46,278 nucleotides of DNA from a virus (lineage: Duplodnaviria; Caudoviricetes), in IMG/VR virus record IMGVR_UViG_3300048854_000099, positions 1 to 46,278 of that record. One strand, given 5' to 3'. Below are positions 25,333 through 33,925 of the stretch, in pieces. Positions within the stretch are counted from its first letter, which is position 1. Each line of letters begins with the position of its first letter. The notes under the pieces are model-generated. The model was not told the DNA's origin. It did no database searches and saw nothing but the letters and a program-made list of their open reading frames with translations. The position numbers were made by a program, and so were the translations under genes.

Positions 25333-25857
25333 ATGGCGGAGATCAAAACTGTGCACGGCCATAGACCAGGAGGCCGTCGTTCTCCCGAATACAGGCTCTG
25401 GCTCGATATCAAGCGTCGATGCTCTGACACTAAAGCCAAGGACTATCCCAAATACGGAGGCTCTGGCATTAGGGTCTCCGCTGAATGGAACGCGTCATTC
25501 ACCACATTTCTTTCTGATGTCGGATCGAAACCCTCCGCTGACCATGTGTTGGCCAGAAAGGACCGAAACGGGCACTATCGAAAAGACAACTGTGAATGGG
25601 TGACGCGACATGCATCAGCCACGCGCCAACGTAAGTCGTTCATCCCAGTTACGGTGGGAGGCATCGACTTTGAATCGATGACGGCGGCGTGCCGCCATTT
25701 CGGCGTTGGCCTCACAACCGCCCTCGAAAGGATAAGGCTGGGGGCCACCATCGATGATGCGGTGACCGTCAAGGCGTGGGCAGTACCGAGAACCCGCAGC
25801 CGAGAAAGCTACCTTCGCCACGATCACCCTGACAAAAACCAAAGGGCAGCCGATTAA
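25333..25857 (+). CDS. HNH-type homing endonuclease-like protein inserted antisense in the late operon
   Basis: HG....PEY..W..IKRRC, YGGSGI.V..EW..F..FL.DVG.KP, R.D.NGHY..DNCEW; same family as 364-1038. Confidence 0.8.
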   Translation: MAEIKTVHGHRPGGRRSPEYRLWLDIKRRCSDTKAKDYPKYGGSGIRVSAEWNASFTTFLSDVGSKPSADHVLARKDRNGHYRKDNCEWVTRHASATRQRKSFIPVTVGGIDFESMTAACRHFGVGLTTALERIRLGATIDDAVTVKAWAVPRTRSRESYLRHDHPDKNQRAAD

Positions 25858-26870
25858 CGGCTGTCGACCCCGGCTTTCCCCTGCGGTTCCTTCAGTGTTA
25901 GGTGCGTGCGAAAGCCTGCGCCCTTGGCAAGTGTATGCGTCACCGAACCAATCCTATAGTCACCGTCAAGACCCGGGCGTATCCCGGACAAGGTCACAAT
26001 GGCTTCCGGTTCAGCGTTGACGTCGCCGAGGATCTCGATCCCGCCGCCGCCTTTCTCCCGTTTCGAATGCTTCCCGTGCGCTGAAGCCCTGCGCTGCGCC
26101 TGGTCGGCGTCGGCCGCGGTGATGACGGTCCGGAGAGCGGAGTCGACGTCATCGATGCCAGATGGGACCGACTCCTTGACGCGCTCGCCCTTCTTGATGT
26201 CCCAATACGAGATCTCGACGTTCTTGAATTTCGGCCGGGAAATGATTGGGCTGACGGATCCCTCGAGGAGGTTGTCGCCGTAGGTCGCGAAGATCGGCTG
26301 CAGCGTCTTGCCTGAGATCGAGATGCCCTCTGAGATCGCGACCATATAGGCTTGCTTGCCGATGATCTTCCACGACGCCCCGACCTCAGCGGCGATACGC
26401 TGGCCCCAGGCCATGAAGCTTTCGTTCTGCTGTATCCAATAGTTGCGGACGACATCCGTAATGGATCCCGCAACGTTCACCTCGATCCCTGCATCAGATC
26501 CGAACTTCTTCGCAACAGTCGGGAGATCCGCCTGATCCATGTGCTTCAGCGCGGGTTCCTTGACCTTGGATCCGTGGTCGATCGATGACGCGCCGACGGT
26601 GAGTTCCCTGCCGTTCTTCTTCCCGAACTTGTAATCGACGTCCGAAACGAACCCCATGAAGGCCTGCTGGCCGTTGATGTTGATCAGCACCGTCGCCCGT
26701 TCCTGCGGGAGATAGATGAGCCCATCTGGGTCGGACAAGTCGATCGAGCACTCATCGGCGGCCTTGCCGTGGGTACGATCGATCTTTATCGATTTGAGGA
26801 TCGGGTTGAAGCGGCTGGTCACGTCCTGTCCGTCAATGATGACGGAGTAATCGTTGGTGACAAAGCCCAT
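25854..26870 (-). CDS. Baseplate hub / late control gene D protein (P2 gpD-like)
   Basis: G.DVT, ADEC.I.L.D, Q.NESF, G....G.Y.I.SV.H; follows gpU and gpX. Confidence 0.9.
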   Translation of the reverse strand: MGFVTNDYSVIIDGQDVTSRFNPILKSIKIDRTHGKAADECSIDLSDPDGLIYLPQERATVLININGQQAFMGFVSDVDYKFGKKNGRELTVGASSIDHGSKVKEPALKHMDQADLPTVAKKFGSDAGIEVNVAGSITDVVRNYWIQQNESFMAWGQRIAAEVGASWKIIGKQAYMVAISEGISISGKTLQPIFATYGDNLLEGSVSPIISRPKFKNVEISYWDIKKGERVKESVPSGIDDVDSALRTVITAADADQAQRRASAHGKHSKREKGGGGIEILGDVNAEPEAIVTLSGIRPGLDGDYRIGSVTHTLAKGAGFRTHLTLKEPQGKAGVDSR

Positions 26871-26872
26871 AT

Positions 26873-27103
26873 CTAATCCCAGAGCCGGACGACGTTAGGA
26901 TCCTTGCCGGCGGGCGCCGACAATTCTTCGACCGGGAAGTTGATGACTGTTCCCACAGGGATGTGGATGTGGTCGGAAAGCCCTGGGTTTAGGGCCAAGA
27001 CCTTCTCGACGAAGCCGACGGGCTGTTTCTTGAACTTTATCCAGACGGCTCGGGACACGGTGAGCCCTTCGATGCCGACCGTTTCAGTAAGGATCGTGGT
27101 CAA
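26873..27103 (-). CDS. Tail protein X (P2 gpX-like, LysM-like)
   Basis: VEKVLALNPGL....P.GT.I..P ... VRLWD. Confidence 0.9.
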   Translation of the reverse strand: MTTILTETVGIEGLTVSRAVWIKFKKQPVGFVEKVLALNPGLSDHIHIPVGTVINFPVEELSAPAGKDPNVVRLWD

Positions 27104-27519
27104 AGGAAAATCCTCAAGATAGATTCAGCGGAGTCGATGCCCGGGGTTCCGACCTTGATCAGACTCACGGTGTAGTCGATCGAGTTGCCGATGCCTTCGT
27201 TAGCGTCGAGCTCGGTGTCGTCGCGATCGATGGCGTCGATCAGAACCCAGCCCATTGGGAGGCCGTCGCCACGCATCAGCGGCAACGGCACTTTTTGAAG
27301 CCTCGCGGCTTGTAGAGCAGCGATCCCGCTGAGTCCGCCAAGGAAGTACGGCATCAGCGTACCCTTCAGCGTGATCGTGCCTTCTTCCTCACCCGTATCT
27401 TCGTAGACCGGCGAGGATCCCAGGATGTCGTGCTTCGCAAAGCTGGACTTCTCTTTCTGGCTGATCGACTGCAAATCCAGCTTGAGGCTGAAGACGACAG
27501 GGCCGAGAGACATAAGCAT
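27100..27519 (-). CDS. Tail protein U (P2 gpU-like)
   Basis: MLMSLGPVVF, ITLKGTL.P, LMRGDG..MGWV.I. Confidence 0.9.
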   Translation of the reverse strand: MLMSLGPVVFSLKLDLQSISQKEKSSFAKHDILGSSPVYEDTGEEEGTITLKGTLMPYFLGGLSGIAALQAARLQKVPLPLMRGDGLPMGWVLIDAIDRDDTELDANEGIGNSIDYTVSLIKVGTPGIDSAESILRIFL

Positions 27520-29705
27520 TACGGTGCAACTCCATGGTCCGCGAAGGACCGGTTCATATCGCGGGAGACGGATCCTCCGATCGGCGGCAGCGAGACGTCA
27601 GACGCCGATTGACGCGCTGCGGACGCGGCGACGCCAAGAACCCTCGCGAGCTCGTGAGCCTTGACGATGGCAGCATCGATCGATGAGGTATCGACCTGTG
27701 GCGCCGCCTTAACGGAAAGCGCAGTTTTAAGCTGGCCGCCGACTGCTGTGGCGTGGTCGACCGCGGCTTGAAGCGGATTAGCGCCGCCCGAAGCTGCCCT
27801 TTGGCCGGCCATGATGGCGTCGACATTGCTGCCGCTGCCATGCTGCTCATTCCTCCAGCGCCGGTTACGCTCATCGATGTAGCGCTGGATGATCAGATGC
27901 TGCGTCTGCGCTAATGTCAGCGGCACCGAGCTGCCGGACTGGACAGCACCCAAACCGAGCACTGTACCGCTCGCGCCCAAGAGACTACCGAAAGCCCCCA
28001 GCCATCCGCGTCCCTTTGCTGCACCAGCCGCGGCTCCGACAGTGCCTCCGCCATTGGCTGCGACAATACTGCCGGCAGCGGCTTCAAGCGAAACGGCGGC
28101 GGCATTCAAGGCTGGGCCGGCTGTCGCCAAAGCATAAACGCTGGAGATCGACTTAAAGACGCCGTAAGCGCCAAGGCCGACACCGGTTGCAATCCCGGTT
28201 TTTGCCCATGCTCCGCCATCGCGCCATGCCGATTGCAGCCGGTTGATGCCGTCTGTCATGGCGTTCAAGCCCTTGACGGCGGTCTCCATCGGACCTTCGC
28301 CGACGGCGGCCGCAAGGTTCTTCAGCGAGTTGATGAAGCCCATCCACCCGGAAAAAGGATCCTGGTATCGGGCCTGGTCAGCTGCCTCGAGACCGACGGC
28401 ACCGTTACGCTGGTCGATCGTCTTCTGGATCGAGGCCCGCTGGTTGATCATCAGGGCCTGGATTGCAGCAGCGTTGGCGTTGCCGATGAGCTTGGTGACC
28501 TCAGCCTGCACTTCGCCTTTGTCATTGATGTTGATGCCGGCCTTTGTTAGGGCAGGAATCAAGATCTTCTGCGTCCATTCGAACGGGTTCGCCTGGAAGT
28601 CGCGGCGATCGACAAGTCCGTTTTCATCACGGATCCCGATGCGCTTCTGCTCTTCGAAGTTATGCTTGCCGGCGCCACCGCCGACATTTCCGAGGTACGA
28701 CTTGTTCAGCGAGCTAAGCGAGGTACCGCCGCCGGCCGCCGTCATTTCAACGCCGAGAGATGGCAGCAGCGCGATGAACTCATCGTTGGCACCGGCAAAG
28801 GCACCCTTGGCACGTCGGGTCATCGTGAAGAAGTCCGACATGCTCATATACTGGCCCTCGATCTGCGAGAACTTGATCCAGTTCTCGAGAGCCGTCTTGA
28901 AGCGATCCTGGCCTCCGGCACCGGGCTGGATGAGACCAGCGAGCTCGCCGCCCTTCGTGAACTTCGCCATTTCACCGCTGATGTCGGCATCCTTGCCCTG
29001 CGACTGGAAAACAGCTTGGGCTTGGGCCAGCAGCTTGGCGATATCGACGCCTTCAGTTGCGCCGCCGGTTGCGGCGATCGCCGACTTCGTCAGCTCGAGC
29101 GCTTGGGTCCCTGAAATCTGCGGGTACTTCGTCGTGATGTCCTGCGAGTTCTGGATCGCGGCCCGATTATCGGCGTCGCTGTAGCCGGCCTGCCTGAGGC
29201 GGAATTTCTCACGCTCCCAATCGGCGGAAGCCTCGATGCCGCCCTTGCCGACGACGCCAGCCATGTAGACGCCGGTATAGGCGCCCATTGCGACAAGGCC
29301 GGCTTTCGTGATGTTCTGGATGTTATCGCGCCAAGTCTTCGCTCGCTTTTCACTGCGATCGAGTTCGTCCCGGTACCGCTTCTGCTGGTCAATGAAATGC
29401 TGAAGCGTGGCATTCTTCCAGTTGCCCATTTCGGACTTCTGGAGCGCCTTCGACAGGTTCTTGCTCTGCATGTCGGCGTAGAGCTGATCCCAGGACCTCC
29501 GGAGATGGTCGATGTCCTTGGAAGACGCGCCGAGCTTGTCGAGCTGCTGGGTGAACTTGCCGCCCCACGGCATCTCATTGAGACGCTTGGCGGCGGCCTC
29601 GATCTTCCCGAGAGAGCCGGTGATATCAGCCGCCGACTTTTTGGCGCCGGCGGCGCTCTCGTCTTTGAAGCGAAGGATAAGCTCGCCGATAAACGTCTTT
29701 GCCAT
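27519..29705 (-). CDS. Tail tape measure protein
   Basis: 728 aa, Ala/Gly-rich helical; between chaperone and gpU. Confidence 0.9.
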   Translation of the reverse strand: MAKTFIGELILRFKDESAAGAKKSAADITGSLGKIEAAAKRLNEMPWGGKFTQQLDKLGASSKDIDHLRRSWDQLYADMQSKNLSKALQKSEMGNWKNATLQHFIDQQKRYRDELDRSEKRAKTWRDNIQNITKAGLVAMGAYTGVYMAGVVGKGGIEASADWEREKFRLRQAGYSDADNRAAIQNSQDITTKYPQISGTQALELTKSAIAATGGATEGVDIAKLLAQAQAVFQSQGKDADISGEMAKFTKGGELAGLIQPGAGGQDRFKTALENWIKFSQIEGQYMSMSDFFTMTRRAKGAFAGANDEFIALLPSLGVEMTAAGGGTSLSSLNKSYLGNVGGGAGKHNFEEQKRIGIRDENGLVDRRDFQANPFEWTQKILIPALTKAGININDKGEVQAEVTKLIGNANAAAIQALMINQRASIQKTIDQRNGAVGLEAADQARYQDPFSGWMGFINSLKNLAAAVGEGPMETAVKGLNAMTDGINRLQSAWRDGGAWAKTGIATGVGLGAYGVFKSISSVYALATAGPALNAAAVSLEAAAGSIVAANGGGTVGAAAGAAKGRGWLGAFGSLLGASGTVLGLGAVQSGSSVPLTLAQTQHLIIQRYIDERNRRWRNEQHGSGSNVDAIMAGQRAASGGANPLQAAVDHATAVGGQLKTALSVKAAPQVDTSSIDAAIVKAHELARVLGVAASAARQSASDVSLPPIGGSVSRDMNRSFADHGVAP

Positions 29706-29717
29706 GGTCCTCTACCT

Positions 29718-30247
29718 CTACATCCGCGACATCACGGCGAGCTTCGTCTGGATGAAGATTTCCTCAACCTTCATGTTGTAGGCCTCGCAATACCACTCCA
29801 GGATTTTCAGGACGTCCCACCCCATGACGACGTCCAGCGGAGTGGAGAAGGTACTGCTTACGAGCCCGACGTATCGTCGCCATTGCTTGGGGTCTGGTCT
29901 GCCGCCGCCTTCATACGGCGGGGCATAAAATCCATAGAGGCGATCCCCACGGTGTCCATGTCATCGGCATCCATGACGTCCCAGACTTCTTGGGGGCAGT
30001 CGATGGTGGGCGGGACAGGGCTTTCGACCTTGGAGTCAGTCATTGCCTCGACATATGCCTGCCACTGATGACCGGTGATCCGGCGGACGCGGATCTGATC
30101 GTAGACCTTGCCATTGAATTCGATCGGCCACTCCAGGGTGACTAACCGGTCGATCTCCTTGGTCGTAACGATCTTTGCGACGGGCGGCTCATCGGCAACC
30201 GGCTTTGCCGCCGGCTGCTCTGTTGCTGGTGCTGATTTTTCGCTCAT
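29718..30247 (-). CDS. Tail assembly chaperone frameshift product (gpE+E'/gpGT-like)
   Basis: Slippery G GAT TTT at 29933-29927; -1 frame open to TAG at 29718 (YAPPYEGGGRPDPKQWRRYVGLVSSTFSTPLDVVMGWDVLKILEWYCEA...). Confidence 0.75.
29858..30247 (-). CDS. Tail assembly chaperone (gpE/gp41-like)
   Basis: VTLEWPIEFNG.....I.VRR, MDADD.......DFMP; between tube and tape measure. Confidence 0.85.
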   Translation of the reverse strand: MSEKSAPATEQPAAKPVADEPPVAKIVTTKEIDRLVTLEWPIEFNGKVYDQIRVRRITGHQWQAYVEAMTDSKVESPVPPTIDCPQEVWDVMDADDMDTVGIASMDFMPRRMKAAADQTPSNGDDTSGS

Positions 30248-30250
30248 CTG

Positions 30251-30793
30251 TTAGACACCCAATCCGAGGTTACGGGCGACGGTGTTGTAGACGACGGCAC
30301 CATCGATGCGGATCCCTCGGGGTCCGGCGAAGAAGTCGAAATAGAACTTCTCGAGGCCATTGATCACCAGCTGGTAGCCGACGATTTCCTGGATCTCGTA
30401 GTCCGAATTGAGGCCGTTATCCTTATCGAACTGGCCGATATCAGACTTCGTCATCCGGCCGTTGACAACGGCGAGAACCGGGATATCCGCTTGGGTCTGA
30501 AGGTCGTTCAGGTTGCCGCGGAGGGTGTATTTCGTCCTGCGTCCGACCCCTGGCATGAACTTGTTCATGACATCGGGGTTCATGCCGGCGAGCTGGAAGG
30601 TCAGCGACAACGCGTTGACGGAGCGCATGCCGACGTTGATCGATGCGACGCCGCCGCCCGGGCTGTGCGCCTTCGTCTTCTCCTCGAGCGCCGGGAACTT
30701 GATGTTATTCAAGGTGAGGAACTGCGAGTTCGTGGGATCATCATCACCGGCAAACAGGTTGGCGGTGTCGAGGTTAAGGATAGTACCTGCCAT
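30251..30793 (-). CDS. Tail tube protein (P2 FII-like)
   Basis: ANLF, I.FP.L......H.PGGG, V.GR, Y.L.ING.E.F..DF; follows sheath. Confidence 0.9.
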   Translation of the reverse strand: MAGTILNLDTANLFAGDDDPTNSQFLTLNNIKFPALEEKTKAHSPGGGVASINVGMRSVNALSLTFQLAGMNPDVMNKFMPGVGRRTKYTLRGNLNDLQTQADIPVLAVVNGRMTKSDIGQFDKDNGLNSDYEIQEIVGYQLVINGLEKFYFDFFAGPRGIRIDGAVVYNTVARNLGLGV

Positions 30794-30826
30794 TTCCGAG
30801 GTCTCCTATTGGGGCTGGCGCGCGGA

Positions 30827-32305
30827 TCAGGCGGCGGTGAGGGTGCCGAGCGAAATCGCGATGTTCGACACCAGCGTCGTCAGCGCTTGGGCATAACGGC
30901 GCGACCGGATCGTCAACAGGCGCAGCGGCGCCGGCTCTTCGGCCTCCATGGTCAGCTTGATGAAGCCGAGCCGGAGATCCGAGGGATTGTTGTCGTTCGG
31001 ATCGAAGGAAATCCGGTAGTCGATGATGTCCTGGTTGGAGCGAAGCCCAGACAGGTATTCTTCCATCGTGTTGACGACGGCCTGCACGACCTGGAGCGTC
31101 AAGTTGAACTTGCCGATGTAGGTCTTGAGCGTCCGCGTCAGCGACAACTCCATGAAGTCGCGCATACGGACTACGTTAGCGAATAGCCACTGCGTATCCG
31201 AGGACAGGGTGTCCGTGCCCCAGAATGTGAAGCCACCATCGGAGAGGGAACCGTCGCTGTTGTCGCCCTTCACCACGATCCCGAAGTGGTTCTCGATCGC
31301 CGTCATGCCCGGGTTGGCGTCGTTGGTGATGTCGAGAACGATCGGAGGGGTGACCCCCACGATACCGAGGATCGACCGGTTCGCGGCGGAATGTGAAGGG
31401 ACGCCGCCGTTCTCGTAGTCCGCCTGGGCATAGAGCGCCATGATGTAAGGCGAGAGGGGCTTGGAGACGTTCGATCCGTTGACGGTCACCAACGCGTTCT
31501 GCTGCAGCGGATGAATGGTGTTGACGTCGCGCGGCAGCGTCGTCAGCCAGTTCAGCGCGGCGGCAGGCGAAGACGTCGGGCCCTCGGGGCACCACTTCGC
31601 TTTGAGGCGACCGCAGATCGTCGGCATCGTCGCGCAGATCTGATTGCCGACACCGCCGGTAGTTGCCGTCGCTGCGGCGCCGGTACCGGATCCAGCCGAC
31701 ATCACAAGCGTGGGCACCGTGGTATAGCCCTTGCCGGGGTTCACGATCTCGACCGACTGGACTGCCCCGTCGGCGACATGGGCGAGGCCGGAGAAGCCGG
31801 TGCCCCCACCGCCGGTAGCTGTAACCGGGAAGTCGGCGGTGTAGCCGGTCCCTGGTGTCGTGACTGCAATCGTGAGGACGCCTGTCTCGGTCTGCGACGT
31901 ATAGCCGGGGACGCAAAGGAGGCGAGGGGTGATGCCGAGATCGCCAGCAGATTCGAGGAAAGCCCAGATACCGGTCCCGTTGGCCTCATTCCCCACCAGG
32001 TTGGTGATCACATTGGCCGGTACGGCATCATTGGTGACGCGGACGACGACAACCTTTGCGGCGACGGAGTCATCCATCTGCGCGGAGATCGCCGTGATTG
32101 CGTCGGCCAGGGTGCCCGTCGAGCCCAAGGCAGCAATCATGACGGGGTCATTGGTGTAGACCAGCACCGGGGTATCCAGCGGAAATAGCGTCGGATTGGC
32201 CAAAGGCGCGGTGCCGGCAACGCCGAGAACAGCCATATCGGCTGGAATGACGGACTGCGCTTCGACTGCATCGCGCAGAAAATTCACGCCCATGACTTGC
32301 GTCAT
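30827..32305 (-). CDS. Contractile tail sheath protein (P2 FI-like) with inserted domain
   Basis: G..GTAP.A....FPL.TPV, PRLL..PG, S..NR.I.G, FWG..T, FANVVR..D, EEPAPLR. Confidence 0.93.
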   Translation of the reverse strand: MTQVMGVNFLRDAVEAQSVIPADMAVLGVAGTAPLANPTLFPLDTPVLVYTNDPVMIAALGSTGTLADAITAISAQMDDSVAAKVVVVRVTNDAVPANVITNLVGNEANGTGIWAFLESAGDLGITPRLLCVPGYTSQTETGVLTIAVTTPGTGYTADFPVTATGGGGTGFSGLAHVADGAVQSVEIVNPGKGYTTVPTLVMSAGSGTGAAATATTGGVGNQICATMPTICGRLKAKWCPEGPTSSPAAALNWLTTLPRDVNTIHPLQQNALVTVNGSNVSKPLSPYIMALYAQADYENGGVPSHSAANRSILGIVGVTPPIVLDITNDANPGMTAIENHFGIVVKGDNSDGSLSDGGFTFWGTDTLSSDTQWLFANVVRMRDFMELSLTRTLKTYIGKFNLTLQVVQAVVNTMEEYLSGLRSNQDIIDYRISFDPNDNNPSDLRLGFIKLTMEAEEPAPLRLLTIRSRRYAQALTTLVSNIAISLGTLTAA

Positions 32306-32365
32306 TGAGTTGTCTCCTTCTAGAGGGCCATCAGCCCAGCGGTATGAGATTGAATTGTTGGGGCC

Positions 32366-32896
32366 TTAGGCCGGCCAGTGCTCATTGTCGGCGTAGTCGG
32401 CGGGGATCGGATCCATCGCCTGCAGGACGAAAGAGGCCTGCCAGATCGGCTGCCTGAACGCTCCAGCTGCGATCAGGACGGATTGCCATTCAAGCGCAGT
32501 GACCGAGACCGCACCCGAATTGGTCTCGATCTCGATCGGCTGTGCTGGCTGCGAGGTGTTGATGTAGGCCTGGGCGAGTTTTGTGACCTCATCCCAGCCA
32601 ATCATGTCCTTGTCGGTAGTACCGATCTGGACGACGCCCCGCGAATCCTTGAAGTCATAGCTGAACCCGGTGGCGAGGCGCCGATCGCGTTCTGCGGCGA
32701 CGTCATCCACCGTCGGAGGCCCGGGATCGTCGACACCAGGAAGGGAGACCCCGAGGATCTTGAAACCGCCGTCGATGCTGACACGCTTGCCGACGGTGAT
32801 TGCGTCGAGAGCCGTCGAATACTGGTCAGCGGTGATCGGAATGGAACCGCTGAAGGGATCCGTCGAGATCCTGTTGTTCCCCGCGAAGTAACCCAT
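32366..32896 (-). CDS. Tail fibre assembly-like protein (DUF4376-like)
   Basis: V.AERDRRL..GF, L.AMDPIPADY.D..HW. Confidence 0.75.
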   Translation of the reverse strand: MGYFAGNNRISTDPFSGSIPITADQYSTALDAITVGKRVSIDGGFKILGVSLPGVDDPGPPTVDDVAAERDRRLATGFSYDFKDSRGVVQIGTTDKDMIGWDEVTKLAQAYINTSQPAQPIEIETNSGAVSVTALEWQSVLIAAGAFRQPIWQASFVLQAMDPIPADYADNEHWPA

Positions 32897-33918
32897 CAAC
32901 GGATCCTCATGTAGTGGTTCATCCGCATATTCCGCGGTCTGGCTTCATTGCCGCCGGAGGCTTGGATGCTGATGCCCGTTCCGGCTCCGCTGGTCGCACC
33001 AATGGTGCCGTATCCGCCGCCGGTTGAGCCCTGCCCGCCTGAGCCGCCGACGAGGACGACGAAGTTATAGCCTTGGGCGCCGTGTCCGTGCCCGGGGTCG
33101 TTGACCCCATGGCCATGCGAGAGATTCTGACTGTCTTCAAGCGTGCCGGTGGGTCCAGGTCGGATGAACCGTGCTTCCGTATTGAGTAGACGGACTACCT
33201 GGCCGAGGAGCGGGCTGTTCGCCAACGTCACCGTCGCAGTTGCTGTCACAACTGGCGCTGAACCGCTGACGGACTCGCTTCCCAGCACGCCGCTGTTGTA
33301 GGCGTCAGCTGCCGTTAACTTGATGTAGCGGTAGCTCTTGTTGATCGGCGGCACCTGCGACGGCGTCAGGGTGTCGTAGATCGGGATCGGCACCCCCAGC
33401 GGCATAGTGGCCCACGGATCGTTCAGTATCGCCATGATCGTCACCGCGAAGGCAGGATCATTGTTCAATGCTGCGGCGATCTCGACAAAGGTATTCAAGC
33501 CCGCGGGAGATCCGCCATCGATCGCCGTGAGGGCATTCGCTATAAATGCCGTTGACGCAATCAACGCTGATGCATCGCCGGCCGCGGCGGTGGGAACCGT
33601 CGGGCCACCGATGAAATGTGGCGAGTCCAACGGAGCAAGCCCGTTGGTATTGATCAAGGCAAGAGCCTGGGCAACAAATGCCGTCGTCGCAATTCGGCTA
33701 GTCTGATCGCTTGCATCAGGTGTCGGCGCCGATGGCGAACCCGTAAAGGCAGGCGAAAACAGGGTAGCCAGTCCGGACAGCGTTGACAGAAGATTGGCAA
33801 CGTCCGTGTCGATCTTGGTGAGGGCCTGCTGAAGACGGACGACGTCGTCAGCAAGCACATTGTTGCCGTCCGGCTCCGGATACTGCCGGTTCGGTGTGTT
33901 GTTGTCTACGATCGCCAT
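32896..33918 (-). CDS. Tail fibre protein
   Basis: Two SPxFxGxPxxPT...IAxTAF repeats, LNT..EIAAALNNDP.FA, H.H..DPGH.H, GGNEARPRN. Confidence 0.9.
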   Translation of the reverse strand: MAIVDNNTPNRQYPEPDGNNVLADDVVRLQQALTKIDTDVANLLSTLSGLATLFSPAFTGSPSAPTPDASDQTSRIATTAFVAQALALINTNGLAPLDSPHFIGGPTVPTAAAGDASALIASTAFIANALTAIDGGSPAGLNTFVEIAAALNNDPAFAVTIMAILNDPWATMPLGVPIPIYDTLTPSQVPPINKSYRYIKLTAADAYNSGVLGSESVSGSAPVVTATATVTLANSPLLGQVVRLLNTEARFIRPGPTGTLEDSQNLSHGHGVNDPGHGHGAQGYNFVVLVGGSGGQGSTGGGYGTIGATSGAGTGISIQASGGNEARPRNMRMNHYMRIR

Positions 33919-33925
33919 CTGTTCC

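Noticed and set aside
32366-33918. Diversity-generating retroelement or invertible tail-fibre cassette
   Set aside because: No reverse transcriptase, invertase, TR/VR pair or flanking inverted repeats seen
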